57,910 bases of DNA from a virus (Duplodnaviria > Caudoviricetes), in IMG/VR virus record IMGVR_UViG_3300037424_000402, positions 1 through 57,910 of that record; one strand, given 5' to 3'. This document shows, piece by piece, positions 17,718-26,292 of the stretch. Position 1 is the first letter of the stretch. Each line of letters opens with the position of its first letter. The position numbers were made by a program, and so were the translations under genes. The notes below the pieces were generated by a model. It was not told the origin of the DNA. It did no database searches and saw only the letters and a program-made list of their open reading frames with translations.

Positions 17718-18110
17718 TCAGTCGTCCTCCTCCTCATCGGGATCGGTGAGAAATTCGCGCAACGCGAGGCTGCGATCCACGGGGATGTCGCCGTAGTCCG
17801 TCGCTTCCATCTCGGCTGACGGATCCATCTCCACGACCTCTGGCTCGGTCGAGATCGGAAGCTGCGGGGTGGCCCGCACGACCGTCGCCCGCATCTTGAC
17901 AAGCTCGGCCATGACCCCGCGCAGCCGCGCCTCGGCCCCGAGCCGGGCCTGCCGCTCGGTGGAGAGGGCCGCGCGAAGCTGCCGGATCAGGTTCGCCGCC
18001 GAAGGGGACGGCTCCGCCTCTGCGTAGCCGCGCACCTCCGCGCCGACCTGCCCCGTGTCACCCATCATCGCCGCTCGGAGCGCGCCGAGCCTTTCCGATC
18101 GAGATGCCAT
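17718..18110 (-). CDS. Coiled-coil protein with acidic tail
   Basis: MASRSERLGALR...DPDEEEDD; tight packing with neighbours. Confidence 0.65.
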   Translation of the reverse strand: MASRSERLGALRAAMMGDTGQVGAEVRGYAEAEPSPSAANLIRQLRAALSTERQARLGAEARLRGVMAELVKMRATVVRATPQLPISTEPEVVEMDPSAEMEATDYGDIPVDRSLALREFLTDPDEEEDD

Positions 18111-18112
18111 GG

Positions 18113-18703
18113 TCACTTCCTCTTCATGAAGAACGGCAGGAGGTAGATCGCCAGCGCACCGGCGCCGACGTAGTAGATCCACGTCGGAATGAGCGATGTG
18201 GTGAGCTTCAGCCCTTGCGAGATGGCCGTGCGCACCACGAAGACGAACGAATTCTTGAAATCGACGAAGAGGCGCAGCACACCGTCGTCACCGATCTCGC
18301 GTGCGGTGTTCTCTGCGGTCTCGATGATGCGAAGGCCCATCTTCGTCCAGGCGTCGAGCTTCGAGGGATCTGCGCGCACGGCATCGGTGAGTGACTGCGA
18401 CCACCACGAATCGACGGATGACTGCCAGGAGTTGACAGCGTACTTCCAATCGAATTTTCCGATCTGAAGGAGACGAGCGGCTGGGATCACCACGCCGATC
18501 CAGAACTGTCCGGTGGCCCACCGATTGTGAGCTTCCCAGAGTGTCGTCTGGACCTTCTGCATCACCTGAATCTGCCCTCTGATCGCTTCCTCGACACGAG
18601 GATCTGCGGCATCGCCAAATGCGCCATAACCCGAGAGGCGACGACGGCGCGCGTTGATCGCGACCGACCTCTCGTCGAACCCCTCGAACATGGCGACGCG
18701 CAT
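18113..18703 (-). CDS. Putative virion membrane protein
   Basis: N-terminal MRVAMFEG shared with 24300-24518; RRRRLSGYGAFG; C-terminal TM. Confidence 0.7.
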   Translation of the reverse strand: MRVAMFEGFDERSVAINARRRRLSGYGAFGDAADPRVEEAIRGQIQVMQKVQTTLWEAHNRWATGQFWIGVVIPAARLLQIGKFDWKYAVNSWQSSVDSWWSQSLTDAVRADPSKLDAWTKMGLRIIETAENTAREIGDDGVLRLFVDFKNSFVFVVRTAISQGLKLTTSLIPTWIYYVGAGALAIYLLPFFMKRK

Positions 18704-18707
18704 TTTG

Positions 18708-18992
18708 CTACCTCGTCTTCTTCATAAGCTTCCGAACCGCCGACTTGAACGCAGTGGTCGGAGACCGACCTTCGGAGTAGGTGCAGCGGCGCTCCCGACC
18801 ACCGACGATGCAAGCCCGCGCCGCATATCCGGGGCCGAGTGAACGAACCCGACCCTTCCATGGAAGCCGATTGCGAAGAGACCGGCCGATCTCGACGCGG
18901 ATTGTGACGCGCTTGTTCATGCCCTTCGGCGCCCCACGCCAGAAGGCAGCCTTGATCCTCTTCGCGTGATGCTTCACCGCTCCGTAGGACAT
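18708..18992 (-). CDS. Basic core-like protein
   Basis: MSYGAV start; Arg/Lys-rich. Confidence 0.65.
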   Translation of the reverse strand: MSYGAVKHHAKRIKAAFWRGAPKGMNKRVTIRVEIGRSLRNRLPWKGRVRSLGPGYAARACIVGGRERRCTYSEGRSPTTAFKSAVRKLMKKTR

Positions 18993-18994
18993 GA

Positions 18995-19870
18995 TCAGAT
19001 CCTCCCGAACCGGACGACGTCGATCTCGGCTTCGGCGAGCACCGCCGCGTTGCCGAGATCGAACGCGGAGAGCCCACCTTCATCGAGACACAGCCGGAGG
19101 AAGTCCTCCGGGATCGAGATGGTGGGGAACGGCGCGAAGAGCGGATCAGTCGATGCCGGGAAGGTGACTTCGCAGAACGTCGAGTTGAGATCCGCCACCG
19201 CGACCACTCCGAGATCGCTCTCGTCGAACTCGCGCGACCCACGGAAGACGAGACCGACCGCGACCGGAGCGGCAATCTGGAGACGAAGCCGCAGGAGCGT
19301 CCGGGTGGGAACCACGCGGATCAGGGGGTTGCCCTTCTGATCGGCCGAGTTCGTGCCACGCACCGCCTGTGACCATGGGAACTGAAGGGGCCAGTTTCGC
19401 TTCAGTGCCGGGAGTGGTGATGCCGACGCCTGGATCAAGAGGCGTGTGCGATGGAAGATGAACTCCGGCAGGGCCGACCCGACGTCGAGCTTCGCTTCAG
19501 GCGTGTGGGCGATGAGGAGAAGCCCGCGCCCACCACCGAGCCAGCCGAACGGGAGCCCGTACTCCATCGACGTGAACGGGCCCGGCTGGATCACCTGCCC
19601 CGGCTTCAGGAGAAGGACGCCCGAGTCGTTATCTGATCCGTAGAACTTCACCGCGAGGGGAGTGTCGGACGAAGAGTGGAGACCGACCGCTCGTCCCGCG
19701 CCTTCGTACTTCAGCACCCGGTACTTGGTGCTCGCCACGACCGGGATCACATCGGGCGTGGGGATGATCGGCTGGTTCGTGTTCTGGACGAGGATCGCCG
19801 TCTCTTGAAGCGTCGTGTCGAGGTAGCTCTGGTAGAGGAAGTTGACCGGGATCTGCGAGATCGCGCGCAT
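18995..19870 (-). CDS. Beta-rich structural protein (possible penton/minor capsid)
   Basis: Directly follows the jelly-roll-like paralogs; LLLKPGQVI and terminal IDVVRFG strand patterns. Confidence 0.45.
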   Translation of the reverse strand: MRAISQIPVNFLYQSYLDTTLQETAILVQNTNQPIIPTPDVIPVVASTKYRVLKYEGAGRAVGLHSSSDTPLAVKFYGSDNDSGVLLLKPGQVIQPGPFTSMEYGLPFGWLGGGRGLLLIAHTPEAKLDVGSALPEFIFHRTRLLIQASASPLPALKRNWPLQFPWSQAVRGTNSADQKGNPLIRVVPTRTLLRLRLQIAAPVAVGLVFRGSREFDESDLGVVAVADLNSTFCEVTFPASTDPLFAPFPTISIPEDFLRLCLDEGGLSAFDLGNAAVLAEAEIDVVRFGRI

Positions 19871-19871
19871 G

Positions 19872-20813
19872 CTATCTCCTCACTGCCCGGTAGCCGAGCA
19901 TTCCGATGAACACTTGAACGGGGCGCGGCGTCTCTGGAACCGCTTGGTTCTGGAAGATGGACTGCACCGACGCGCGATAGAACCCCTTCGCTGGGAGCAT
20001 GGAGTTCACGACCCACGACTTACGGATCATGTCGAACAAGATCCCGATCGGCGTGGCGTCACGCGCCACCTGCGTTCCATCGTGAGCTTCCAGTCTCACA
20101 CGGATGTTGTCGAAGTAGAACGCGAACTGACCGGTGGTTCCATTGTTCCGATCAGGCTCTACGGGGGATGTGGCGCTGTCACTCCCGAAGAAGACGCGCG
20201 AGATGAAGCGCTCGACGAGGATCTCTTCTCCGAACGGGTTCACGAGATCGGCCGATGTCGAGATATCCTCGAAGTTGCCGGAACCATCGGTGTGCGCAGG
20301 CGGCTTGTAGAAGGAGAACCACGGGGTGAAGGCTTCCCCGATGATCGCATCCGCCTCACGGCAGATTGCCGTGATCACGTACGTGCTCGCCTCAGTGTCC
20401 CGGTGGCGAACCTGCACGTTGATCGCCTGTCCAATTGCGAGGTAGACAGGACGATGGAACTTCATCACGAACGCAGAGAATGATCTCTGGAATGGATCGG
20501 GGGTGCTCCCCGCGCGACGGATCTCGAACTCGAAATCGCCGACTGGCCACGTCACCGCAGGGATCGGGGAGAACTCGGCCGTGATCGGCTCGTTGCCGAT
20601 GCGCAGCCGGATCTCTCCTGTTGAGAAGGCCGGCATCCTCGTGGATCGAGGATTCGAGGATGAGGTCAACCACGACCGGATCCGAATCTCGTCGATGCGC
20701 AGGATCTTCGCGGTGCGATTCTCCAACCCCCGGACGTCCGTCGGAGATCCGATCAGGTTCGCCACGAGGCCTGGGATCGTCGCCTCCAGAAGAACCGGCC
20801 ACTTGGCGGTCAT
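19872..20813 (-). CDS. Putative double jelly-roll capsid-type protein, paralog 3
   Basis: LENRTAKILRIDEIRI / IGNEPIT / RPVYLAIGQAINV / DLVNPFGEEILVER / IGMLGYR; internal duplication. Confidence 0.55.
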   Translation of the reverse strand: MTAKWPVLLEATIPGLVANLIGSPTDVRGLENRTAKILRIDEIRIRSWLTSSSNPRSTRMPAFSTGEIRLRIGNEPITAEFSPIPAVTWPVGDFEFEIRRAGSTPDPFQRSFSAFVMKFHRPVYLAIGQAINVQVRHRDTEASTYVITAICREADAIIGEAFTPWFSFYKPPAHTDGSGNFEDISTSADLVNPFGEEILVERFISRVFFGSDSATSPVEPDRNNGTTGQFAFYFDNIRVRLEAHDGTQVARDATPIGILFDMIRKSWVVNSMLPAKGFYRASVQSIFQNQAVPETPRPVQVFIGMLGYRAVRR

Positions 20814-21748
20814 GACAGCGCCTCCTGCCGCGTTCCGAAGAGAGAGACGTGGTATCCAGTGTTCGCGGTCTCGGTTGTATCGAGCGCATTCAGGCTGATC
20901 TCCGCTCGAATGCGCGTGTTCCCTGGCATCTCGAAGATGCCATTCGGCCAGAGGCGGCACTGACCGAAGAGGCGCGGGAACTCGACGAAGTCCTCGGACA
21001 TCACTTCACTGTCCGGGAAATGCAACTGGATCGTCGTCCCACGAGACTCCCAGAGGGTCCGGATGAAGTCCGACCCACCACCGATCGTCTGCTGGTAGAA
21101 GACCGACCCCATCATCCGATGAACCTTGATCGGACCGGTGAGCGGGTTCTGAAGCTCGTTCTCCAGCGACACCCGATGTGTCTGGGAAAGCTGGACGTGC
21201 GAGATCATCGGAACATCGTTGAACTCTGGCAGCTTGTCGGCGGGGGAGAGGAACCGACCGATCATCGTGATGGTGACGATCGACGTGAATGTCGTGTCGA
21301 ACGTCGCCAGGAACTCGTTCGGTGGGATCGTGAGCACTGCATTGAAACCCATCCCAGGGAGAACGATCAATGGCTTCGGCAGGACGATCCGACGGCGCTC
21401 GGCGCGAGTCGCCGTTGTCGCGCTGACTTGATTGATCCCGAAGTTGTCTTCGCTCACCTTGAATGGAGCGACAACGTCGAGAGGAACCGGCCCGTCGGTG
21501 ATGGAGTGCTTCCCGAACTTCGCGTCGATGTAGATCGACTGCGCGGCAGTCAGAAGAGAATTGATCCCGTACTCCGTCCGGATGAGGACATGGATCTCTC
21601 GGATCTCGATTGGCATCCGGAACGTGTTCGTCAGCGGGGACGGATCGATCTGGGTTCGAGCACCACCGAACGTAGCCCCTGGAGCGGTGAACGCGATCGT
21701 CGCCTCGGTGGACGACGCAAATGGGTTTCTGAGATTGCGGCCCGGCAT
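20810..21748 (-). CDS. Putative double jelly-roll capsid-type protein, paralog 2
   Basis: LTNTFRMPIEIREIHV / FGKHSIT / KPLIVLPGMGFNA / ELQNPLTGPIKVHR / VSLFGTR. Confidence 0.55.
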   Translation of the reverse strand: MPGRNLRNPFASSTEATIAFTAPGATFGGARTQIDPSPLTNTFRMPIEIREIHVLIRTEYGINSLLTAAQSIYIDAKFGKHSITDGPVPLDVVAPFKVSEDNFGINQVSATTATRAERRRIVLPKPLIVLPGMGFNAVLTIPPNEFLATFDTTFTSIVTITMIGRFLSPADKLPEFNDVPMISHVQLSQTHRVSLENELQNPLTGPIKVHRMMGSVFYQQTIGGGSDFIRTLWESRGTTIQLHFPDSEVMSEDFVEFPRLFGQCRLWPNGIFEMPGNTRIRAEISLNALDTTETANTGYHVSLFGTRQEALS

Positions 21749-21750
21749 GG

Positions 21751-22788
21751 CTAGATCCCTTCCTCTCTCCATCCGAGAAATGCGACCGACGCTTGTCCTG
21801 TCCACGTCGTATACGGCTGAAGGATCGGTGTCGCGCCAGCCGTCTTCCTGATCCCGACGCGCAGGAAGTCATTCGGCTCCATGACATGTGGGATGTCCAT
21901 CGACCGGCTGTTCCCGAACACGGCGAGGAAGTTCTGGTAGTCCCGGAGGATCGGGAGATTGTTCGACGTGTTGATCCGACCCGTGATGATGGACGTATTG
22001 TACGAATCGTTGTCCACCACAGCACCGGAGAAGCCATCGGCGATTGCTCGCGTGATCAGGACGCGCCCTGTCAGGCGATCGATGTTGAGATCGTGACCGG
22101 TTTTGTTCACGAGGTCGCTCTCGGACGACTCATCGAACCCGACTTCCGCGTACTCGAACCCCCGCGAGACATACGCCGAAGCGTACGGGATCGCCGATGT
22201 CGTCTTCCGAGCCGCGACGTATCGACCGGCGAGACCGATCTGCGCGCGAGCCGTGAACCGAAGTGCGCCGGAGTGTTGGAACTGCGCTTCGATCTGTGCT
22301 CCCGGCGGAAGGAACATCGGCTGAGACAGGCGCCAGATGTAGAAGCTCGCCGCCTCGTTGCCTGGGAGAGTTCCGGCCGACACTTGGCTCGGATACTGCT
22401 CGATCTTCCCGAGGAGCCACATCGGGACGAACGAGTTCGTGATCGGCTTTCCCATCGCCGACATACGGACGCGGATGAAGGAGGCGACGTCAACCGCCTC
22501 CATCTGCTCCTGTGGAGGAATGCGCGCGGCGAGCCGGATCTCGTGGATCTCGATCGACTTGCCCGTGCGGTTCGAGAGCGCTTCCGAGTTGATCGTACCT
22601 TCGCCGCCGGCCACGACATCGGCCTCGGCGAAGAAGTGAACCGGAGGGTAGAAGGGCGTCCCCATCGTGGTGCGCGGATCGAAGACCTTCACGATCGGCG
22701 ACGGTCGCATCACCGGTGGTCTGGGAGCGGGACGGGCGGGGGGCTTCCTGGGGGTCCACGGTGAGGCGGCGAGACGGAACTTTGCCAT
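21751..22788 (-). CDS. Putative double jelly-roll capsid-type protein, paralog 1
   Basis: LSNRTGKSIEIHEIRL / MGKPIT / QPMFLPPGAQIEA / DLVNKTGHDLNIDR / VAFLGWR. Confidence 0.55.
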   Translation of the reverse strand: MAKFRLAASPWTPRKPPARPAPRPPVMRPSPIVKVFDPRTTMGTPFYPPVHFFAEADVVAGGEGTINSEALSNRTGKSIEIHEIRLAARIPPQEQMEAVDVASFIRVRMSAMGKPITNSFVPMWLLGKIEQYPSQVSAGTLPGNEAASFYIWRLSQPMFLPPGAQIEAQFQHSGALRFTARAQIGLAGRYVAARKTTSAIPYASAYVSRGFEYAEVGFDESSESDLVNKTGHDLNIDRLTGRVLITRAIADGFSGAVVDNDSYNTSIITGRINTSNNLPILRDYQNFLAVFGNSRSMDIPHVMEPNDFLRVGIRKTAGATPILQPYTTWTGQASVAFLGWREEGI

Positions 22789-22802
22789 GTGAAACCCTCC
22801 GA

Positions 22803-22816
22803 GCGCTGCAAGCTAC
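22803..22816 (-). promoter_or_regulatory. Repeated intergenic motif GTAGCTTGCAGCGC (candidate late promoter)
   Basis: Identical 14-mer at 24264-24277; one-mismatch 12-mer core at 23633-23644. Confidence 0.55.
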
Positions 22817-22832
22817 TCAGGGTGAATGCTAC

Positions 22833-22882
22833 CGGTGGAGGGTCAGAGCCACTCGGGGGAGCAGAACTCCGACCCTCCACCG
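22833..22882 (-). terminator. Long stem-loop just after the putative major capsid gene
   Basis: CGGTGGAGGGTC...GACCCTCCACCG inverted repeat. Confidence 0.65.
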
Positions 22883-22891
22883 TTCCAGGGA

Positions 22892-23575
22892 CTACCGGAC
22901 CTCGGCGCCGACTGCTGCGAGGAGGTTGACCCACGCCAGCACCGGCTGGCCGGGGGTCACCGTCACGGTGAACACCAGCGCCGACTGCGGCGTGAGCTTC
23001 GCCACGACGGTGTCCGTCGAGCCGATCATGATCGGCACGCGGAACCGGCGGCCGGTCTGCGACGCGCCGTTCGTCGCGAACCCGGGGTGCGCGGTGAACG
23101 TGGTGGCGGTCGCCCAGATCCCGCCCGTCGGGGGGAACATCCAGACGGGACCGATAATCCGGCGCTTCCGGGTGATCAGGAACTCCAGGGTGACGCGGCT
23201 CTGGAGATCGGCGACCTCGACCGGGGTCGCGCCGAACGCCTTCACCGTGCCGATCACGTTGGCGGTCGCGACGTCGAACGTCACGCCGATCGCCTTCACG
23301 CCGGCATCGCCGATGTTCGAGCCCAACTCGCCAGCCTTTTCGAGGTTGGTGGTCTGCTCGGTGTAGGAGGTGTAGTGCGACGGCTCGCCGGTTGCGGCGA
23401 CGCCGGCACCGGCCGTGTGCGGGATGCCCTGGCCGAGCGGCACCGTGAAGAGGGTGAGCGGGGTGGCTCCGCCGTGCTGGAAGACGCCGGCCGAGTAGAT
23501 GTGTTCGTCGCGAAGATCGAGCTTGTCCGGCACTGCGGTCGCGCTCGGCCGTGTTCTGGGGATCATCACCTTCAT
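22892..23575 (-). CDS. Putative major capsid protein (single jelly-roll-like)
   Basis: All-beta pattern (LTLFTVPLGQ, TNLEKAGELG, VKAIGVTF, FRVPIMI); very strong codon bias; own upstream motif, AGGAG RBS and downstream hairpin. Confidence 0.5.
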   Translation of the reverse strand: MKVMIPRTRPSATAVPDKLDLRDEHIYSAGVFQHGGATPLTLFTVPLGQGIPHTAGAGVAATGEPSHYTSYTEQTTNLEKAGELGSNIGDAGVKAIGVTFDVATANVIGTVKAFGATPVEVADLQSRVTLEFLITRKRRIIGPVWMFPPTGGIWATATTFTAHPGFATNGASQTGRRFRVPIMIGSTDTVVAKLTPQSALVFTVTVTPGQPVLAWVNLLAAVGAEVR

Positions 23576-23673
23576 GGTATTTCTCCTGTCGATGGACTTA
23601 CGTGAATGCCATCGTTGCTGCGTTGATCCCGTCGCGGCAAGCTAACAGGATGTTGCGATCGCTTCGTCGCCGG

Positions 23674-24213
23674 CTAGTAGGGGAAGCCGGAGTAGTCGTC
23701 CTGATCCTCACCCATCGAGTAGGCGGCAAGCTCGCTCATCCGCTGCGAGCCCTCGTCCACGAGGAGGCCCATCGGGTTGACGTCGGTGAGCAGACCGTAC
23801 CCACCGAGGTTCACGTCCACGTAGCCCTGGAAGATGCCGGGCAGCATCCCGGCAGCCATGCCGGTGACGATCGGAACCACGCCAGCCAGCGCCGCGCCGA
23901 CGTAGATCCCTTCTCCCTTGTGCTGGTTCTTCAGCAGCATCTTGGCGAGGACGCCCGCGAGGATCGCGGAGATCGGCCCCATGTAGCGCTGGACGAACTC
24001 CGGCGCGGTCGGCCAGAAGTTCGTGATCTGCCTGGCGAGGACGCTTCCGCCGAGGGTGCCCGCGACCATGCCGATCGCGACATCGGTGGAACCGACGCTC
24101 TTGCCGAGCGGGTTGAGCCCCTTGACGCCGGGGAGCTTGAACTTGCCGAACCCCAGCGGAACGGAGATGTAATCCCCGTAGCTGCGGCGGCGGCGACGAC
24201 GGTGACGTGCCAT
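23674..24213 (-). CDS. Membrane protein with Arg-rich N-terminus (putative DNA-membrane linker)
   Basis: MARHRRRRRRSYGD; about three hydrophobic helices; acidic C-terminus. Confidence 0.75.
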   Translation of the reverse strand: MARHRRRRRRSYGDYISVPLGFGKFKLPGVKGLNPLGKSVGSTDVAIGMVAGTLGGSVLARQITNFWPTAPEFVQRYMGPISAILAGVLAKMLLKNQHKGEGIYVGAALAGVVPIVTGMAAGMLPGIFQGYVDVNLGGYGLLTDVNPMGLLVDEGSQRMSELAAYSMGEDQDDYSGFPY

Positions 24214-24299
24214 TTGCTTCTCCTTCGAGGCTTCAGCGCCTCAGTGGTTTGGTGAATCAAGGGGCGCTGCAAGCTACCCCGAGGTCGGCTCGTACCGAG

Positions 24300-24518
24300 C
24301 TAGCGGCCCCGCTTCAGCTTCCGCTTCACGCACGCCCGGAACTTCGAGCCCGGGAGACCCTTGCACGCCTTCGCGGCGCGGCCGAGCGCGGACTGCGCGC
24401 TGGACCGGCGGCCCCGCCGACGGCTCCGGCGGTGTGCTCCGAACGCACCTCGGCGCCGACGGCGGCGGCGGTGCCGTGCCTTCGGTCCTGCGTACCCCTC
24501 GAACATCGCGACCCTCAT
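24300..24518 (-). CDS. Protamine-like core protein (72 aa)
   Basis: MRVAMFEGYAGPKARHRRRRRRRGAFGAHRRSRRRGRR...; AGGAGG RBS. Confidence 0.75.
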   Translation of the reverse strand: MRVAMFEGYAGPKARHRRRRRRRGAFGAHRRSRRRGRRSSAQSALGRAAKACKGLPGSKFRACVKRKLKRGR

Positions 24519-24579
24519 TTGTTGCCTCCTTGTCTTTCTTTCCACGGTGATCGGCGGCTCACCGTCGGCCGTGGAAAAG

Positions 24580-24933
24580 TCAGCCGGTGCGAACCGGGCA
24601 CGCTCTCTGGACGATGTCGAGCAGCCGATCGATCTTGTTCGAGTATTCGCCGCGTGGGCGGCCCTTCGCGCCCCGTTCGCGGGCGTACGCCGGAAGCGAG
24701 CGAGCATGTGCCTGCGCCATACCGGCGTGCCAGTTCGCCACTCCGAAATACTTCCAGGCGTTGTAACAAGCCTCCTGTTTCGCCCAGCGACGAACCAGCC
24801 GAGACGTGACGAGGAAGCTCTTCGCCGCGCTCTTGGTGGCGTTGTAGTGGATCTCCGGTGGCGAGCCGAACCGCTTCGCGCTCCGCTTCTTGCGGCGGAG
24901 CTTGCGATTCTTCTTCGAGTAGCCGCGTAGCAT
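24580..24933 (-). CDS. Basic core-like protein
   Basis: MLRGYSKKNRKLRR; GYSKKNR also occurs in 25231-25587. Confidence 0.7.
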   Translation of the reverse strand: MLRGYSKKNRKLRRKKRSAKRFGSPPEIHYNATKSAAKSFLVTSRLVRRWAKQEACYNAWKYFGVANWHAGMAQAHARSLPAYARERGAKGRPRGEYSNKIDRLLDIVQRACPVRTG

Positions 24934-24936
24934 GGT

Positions 24937-25227
24937 CTACCTCCGCCCCTTCTTCTTCTTGAGAAGGATCGCCGCGCCGACCCCGGCGATCGCGACGAGA
25001 GGGAGCCACGACGGGATTCCGCTCCCGAACATGCCACCACCCGGTGCGCCCGCGCCCATGAGGGCAAGCTGATCGGCCGTGGGGGGCTTGGACTGCGCGC
25101 CCTTCACGAGCCCGACCGTGCGAGCCGCCGCGCCCGTTGCGTCCCCGCGCAGCGCCGACCCGACGATCGTCGTGGATGGGATCACCGCGCGAAGGAAATC
25201 GAGTGCTCCACCGTAGCTCTCTGCCAT
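24937..25227 (-). CDS. Small membrane protein with basic tail
   Basis: MAESYGG; C-terminal TM then KKKKGRR. Confidence 0.7.
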   Translation of the reverse strand: MAESYGGALDFLRAVIPSTTIVGSALRGDATGAAARTVGLVKGAQSKPPTADQLALMGAGAPGGGMFGSGIPSWLPLVAIAGVGAAILLKKKKGRR

Positions 25228-25230
25228 GGT

Positions 25231-25587
25231 CTAGCCCTTCCTCTTGCCTGCGCGGCGTGTCCTGCGGACGCGGCGGTTCTTCTTCGAGTAGCCGTGAAGC
25301 TGGACGTTGCCCGACCACTTCCGCGTTTGCGCCCCTCCACCGGGGAAGATCACGACGCTCGTCTCGCGGATGCAGTGCGTCGGCCGCTCGTGGTGCGACA
25401 TCTGGCAGACGAGGAGACCACCCGACTTCTTCCCCTCGGCGCGGAAGCCGCCACGACGGCCACCACGCGAGATCGCGATCCCATTCTTGATCGGCTGGAT
25501 CTTGAATGTGATCTTTCGCCCGTACAGCTTGTCGGGCCAAGTGAACTTCGATCCGGTCGTGACTGTGATGGTCTTTCGCTTCGCCAT
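25231..25587 (-). CDS. Basic core-like protein
   Basis: Ends LHGYSKKNRRVRRTRRAGKRKG. Confidence 0.7.
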   Translation of the reverse strand: MAKRKTITVTTGSKFTWPDKLYGRKITFKIQPIKNGIAISRGGRRGGFRAEGKKSGGLLVCQMSHHERPTHCIRETSVVIFPGGGAQTRKWSGNVQLHGYSKKNRRVRRTRRAGKRKG

Positions 25588-25590
25588 GGG

Positions 25591-26205
25591 TCAGTCCTCC
25601 AACCAGATCGAGAGGGCCTTGCGCTTCGGTGGTTCCCAGCCGACGACCGACTTCTCGACCGTCGTGTCCATGCCGTGACCGGTGTAGCTCGCCGGCCACG
25701 GGCCGCGCTTGGGCAGCGCGACGATGCAGTAGACGTGGGTGAACTCGGTGCGGGATGGATCGGGACCCCACGCCCGCGCGCCGACCTTGAACCCGATCGA
25801 GGCGAGAAGTGACCCGACGAGAATGGTGTGATCGTCGCAATCGCCCGCGCAGGATCCTATCTGGCACTCCATGAGCGTGCGACGCGCGCCGGTGTAGAAG
25901 TCCACGGCGGTCGGATCGGCGATGTAGCGGAGACCGTCCTGCAAGCCCTTGATCTTGTCGGTGCCATGCTTCACGGCATTGAAGATCGCTTGTAGCTCGC
26001 ACATATCGTCGCGCGAGTTGCAGTCGGATGTGATCTGGATTGCGGTGCGGCGTACGACCGGATCCGTCGATCCCTTCTCGACGAGGGAGAGGATCTTCCT
26101 CAGTGCGGCTTGCTGAGATCCTACGTCGCGGATCGTGAATGTGCCGCGCTCACTGCGCGCCCAGCCCGATTCCTGCGCTCCGTATCTCGAAGGCACTTCG
26201 AGCAA
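25591..26205 (-). CDS. Transglutaminase-like (papain-fold) Cys enzyme, candidate maturation protease
   Basis: LRYIADP, GDCDDHTIL (Cys), FTHVY (His), GMDTT (Asp) triad; start codon uncertain. Confidence 0.8.
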   Translation of the reverse strand: MLEVPSRYGAQESGWARSERGTFTIRDVGSQQAALRKILSLVEKGSTDPVVRRTAIQITSDCNSRDDMCELQAIFNAVKHGTDKIKGLQDGLRYIADPTAVDFYTGARRTLMECQIGSCAGDCDDHTILVGSLLASIGFKVGARAWGPDPSRTEFTHVYCIVALPKRGPWPASYTGHGMDTTVEKSVVGWEPPKRKALSIWLED

Positions 26206-26292
26206 CCTCGAAGGCCACGCCTGGGTCGAGACTGGTACAGAAAGGGGCGCTCCGCGTCAAGCGAAGCGCCCCAAATGAACACCGCGCCCGAG

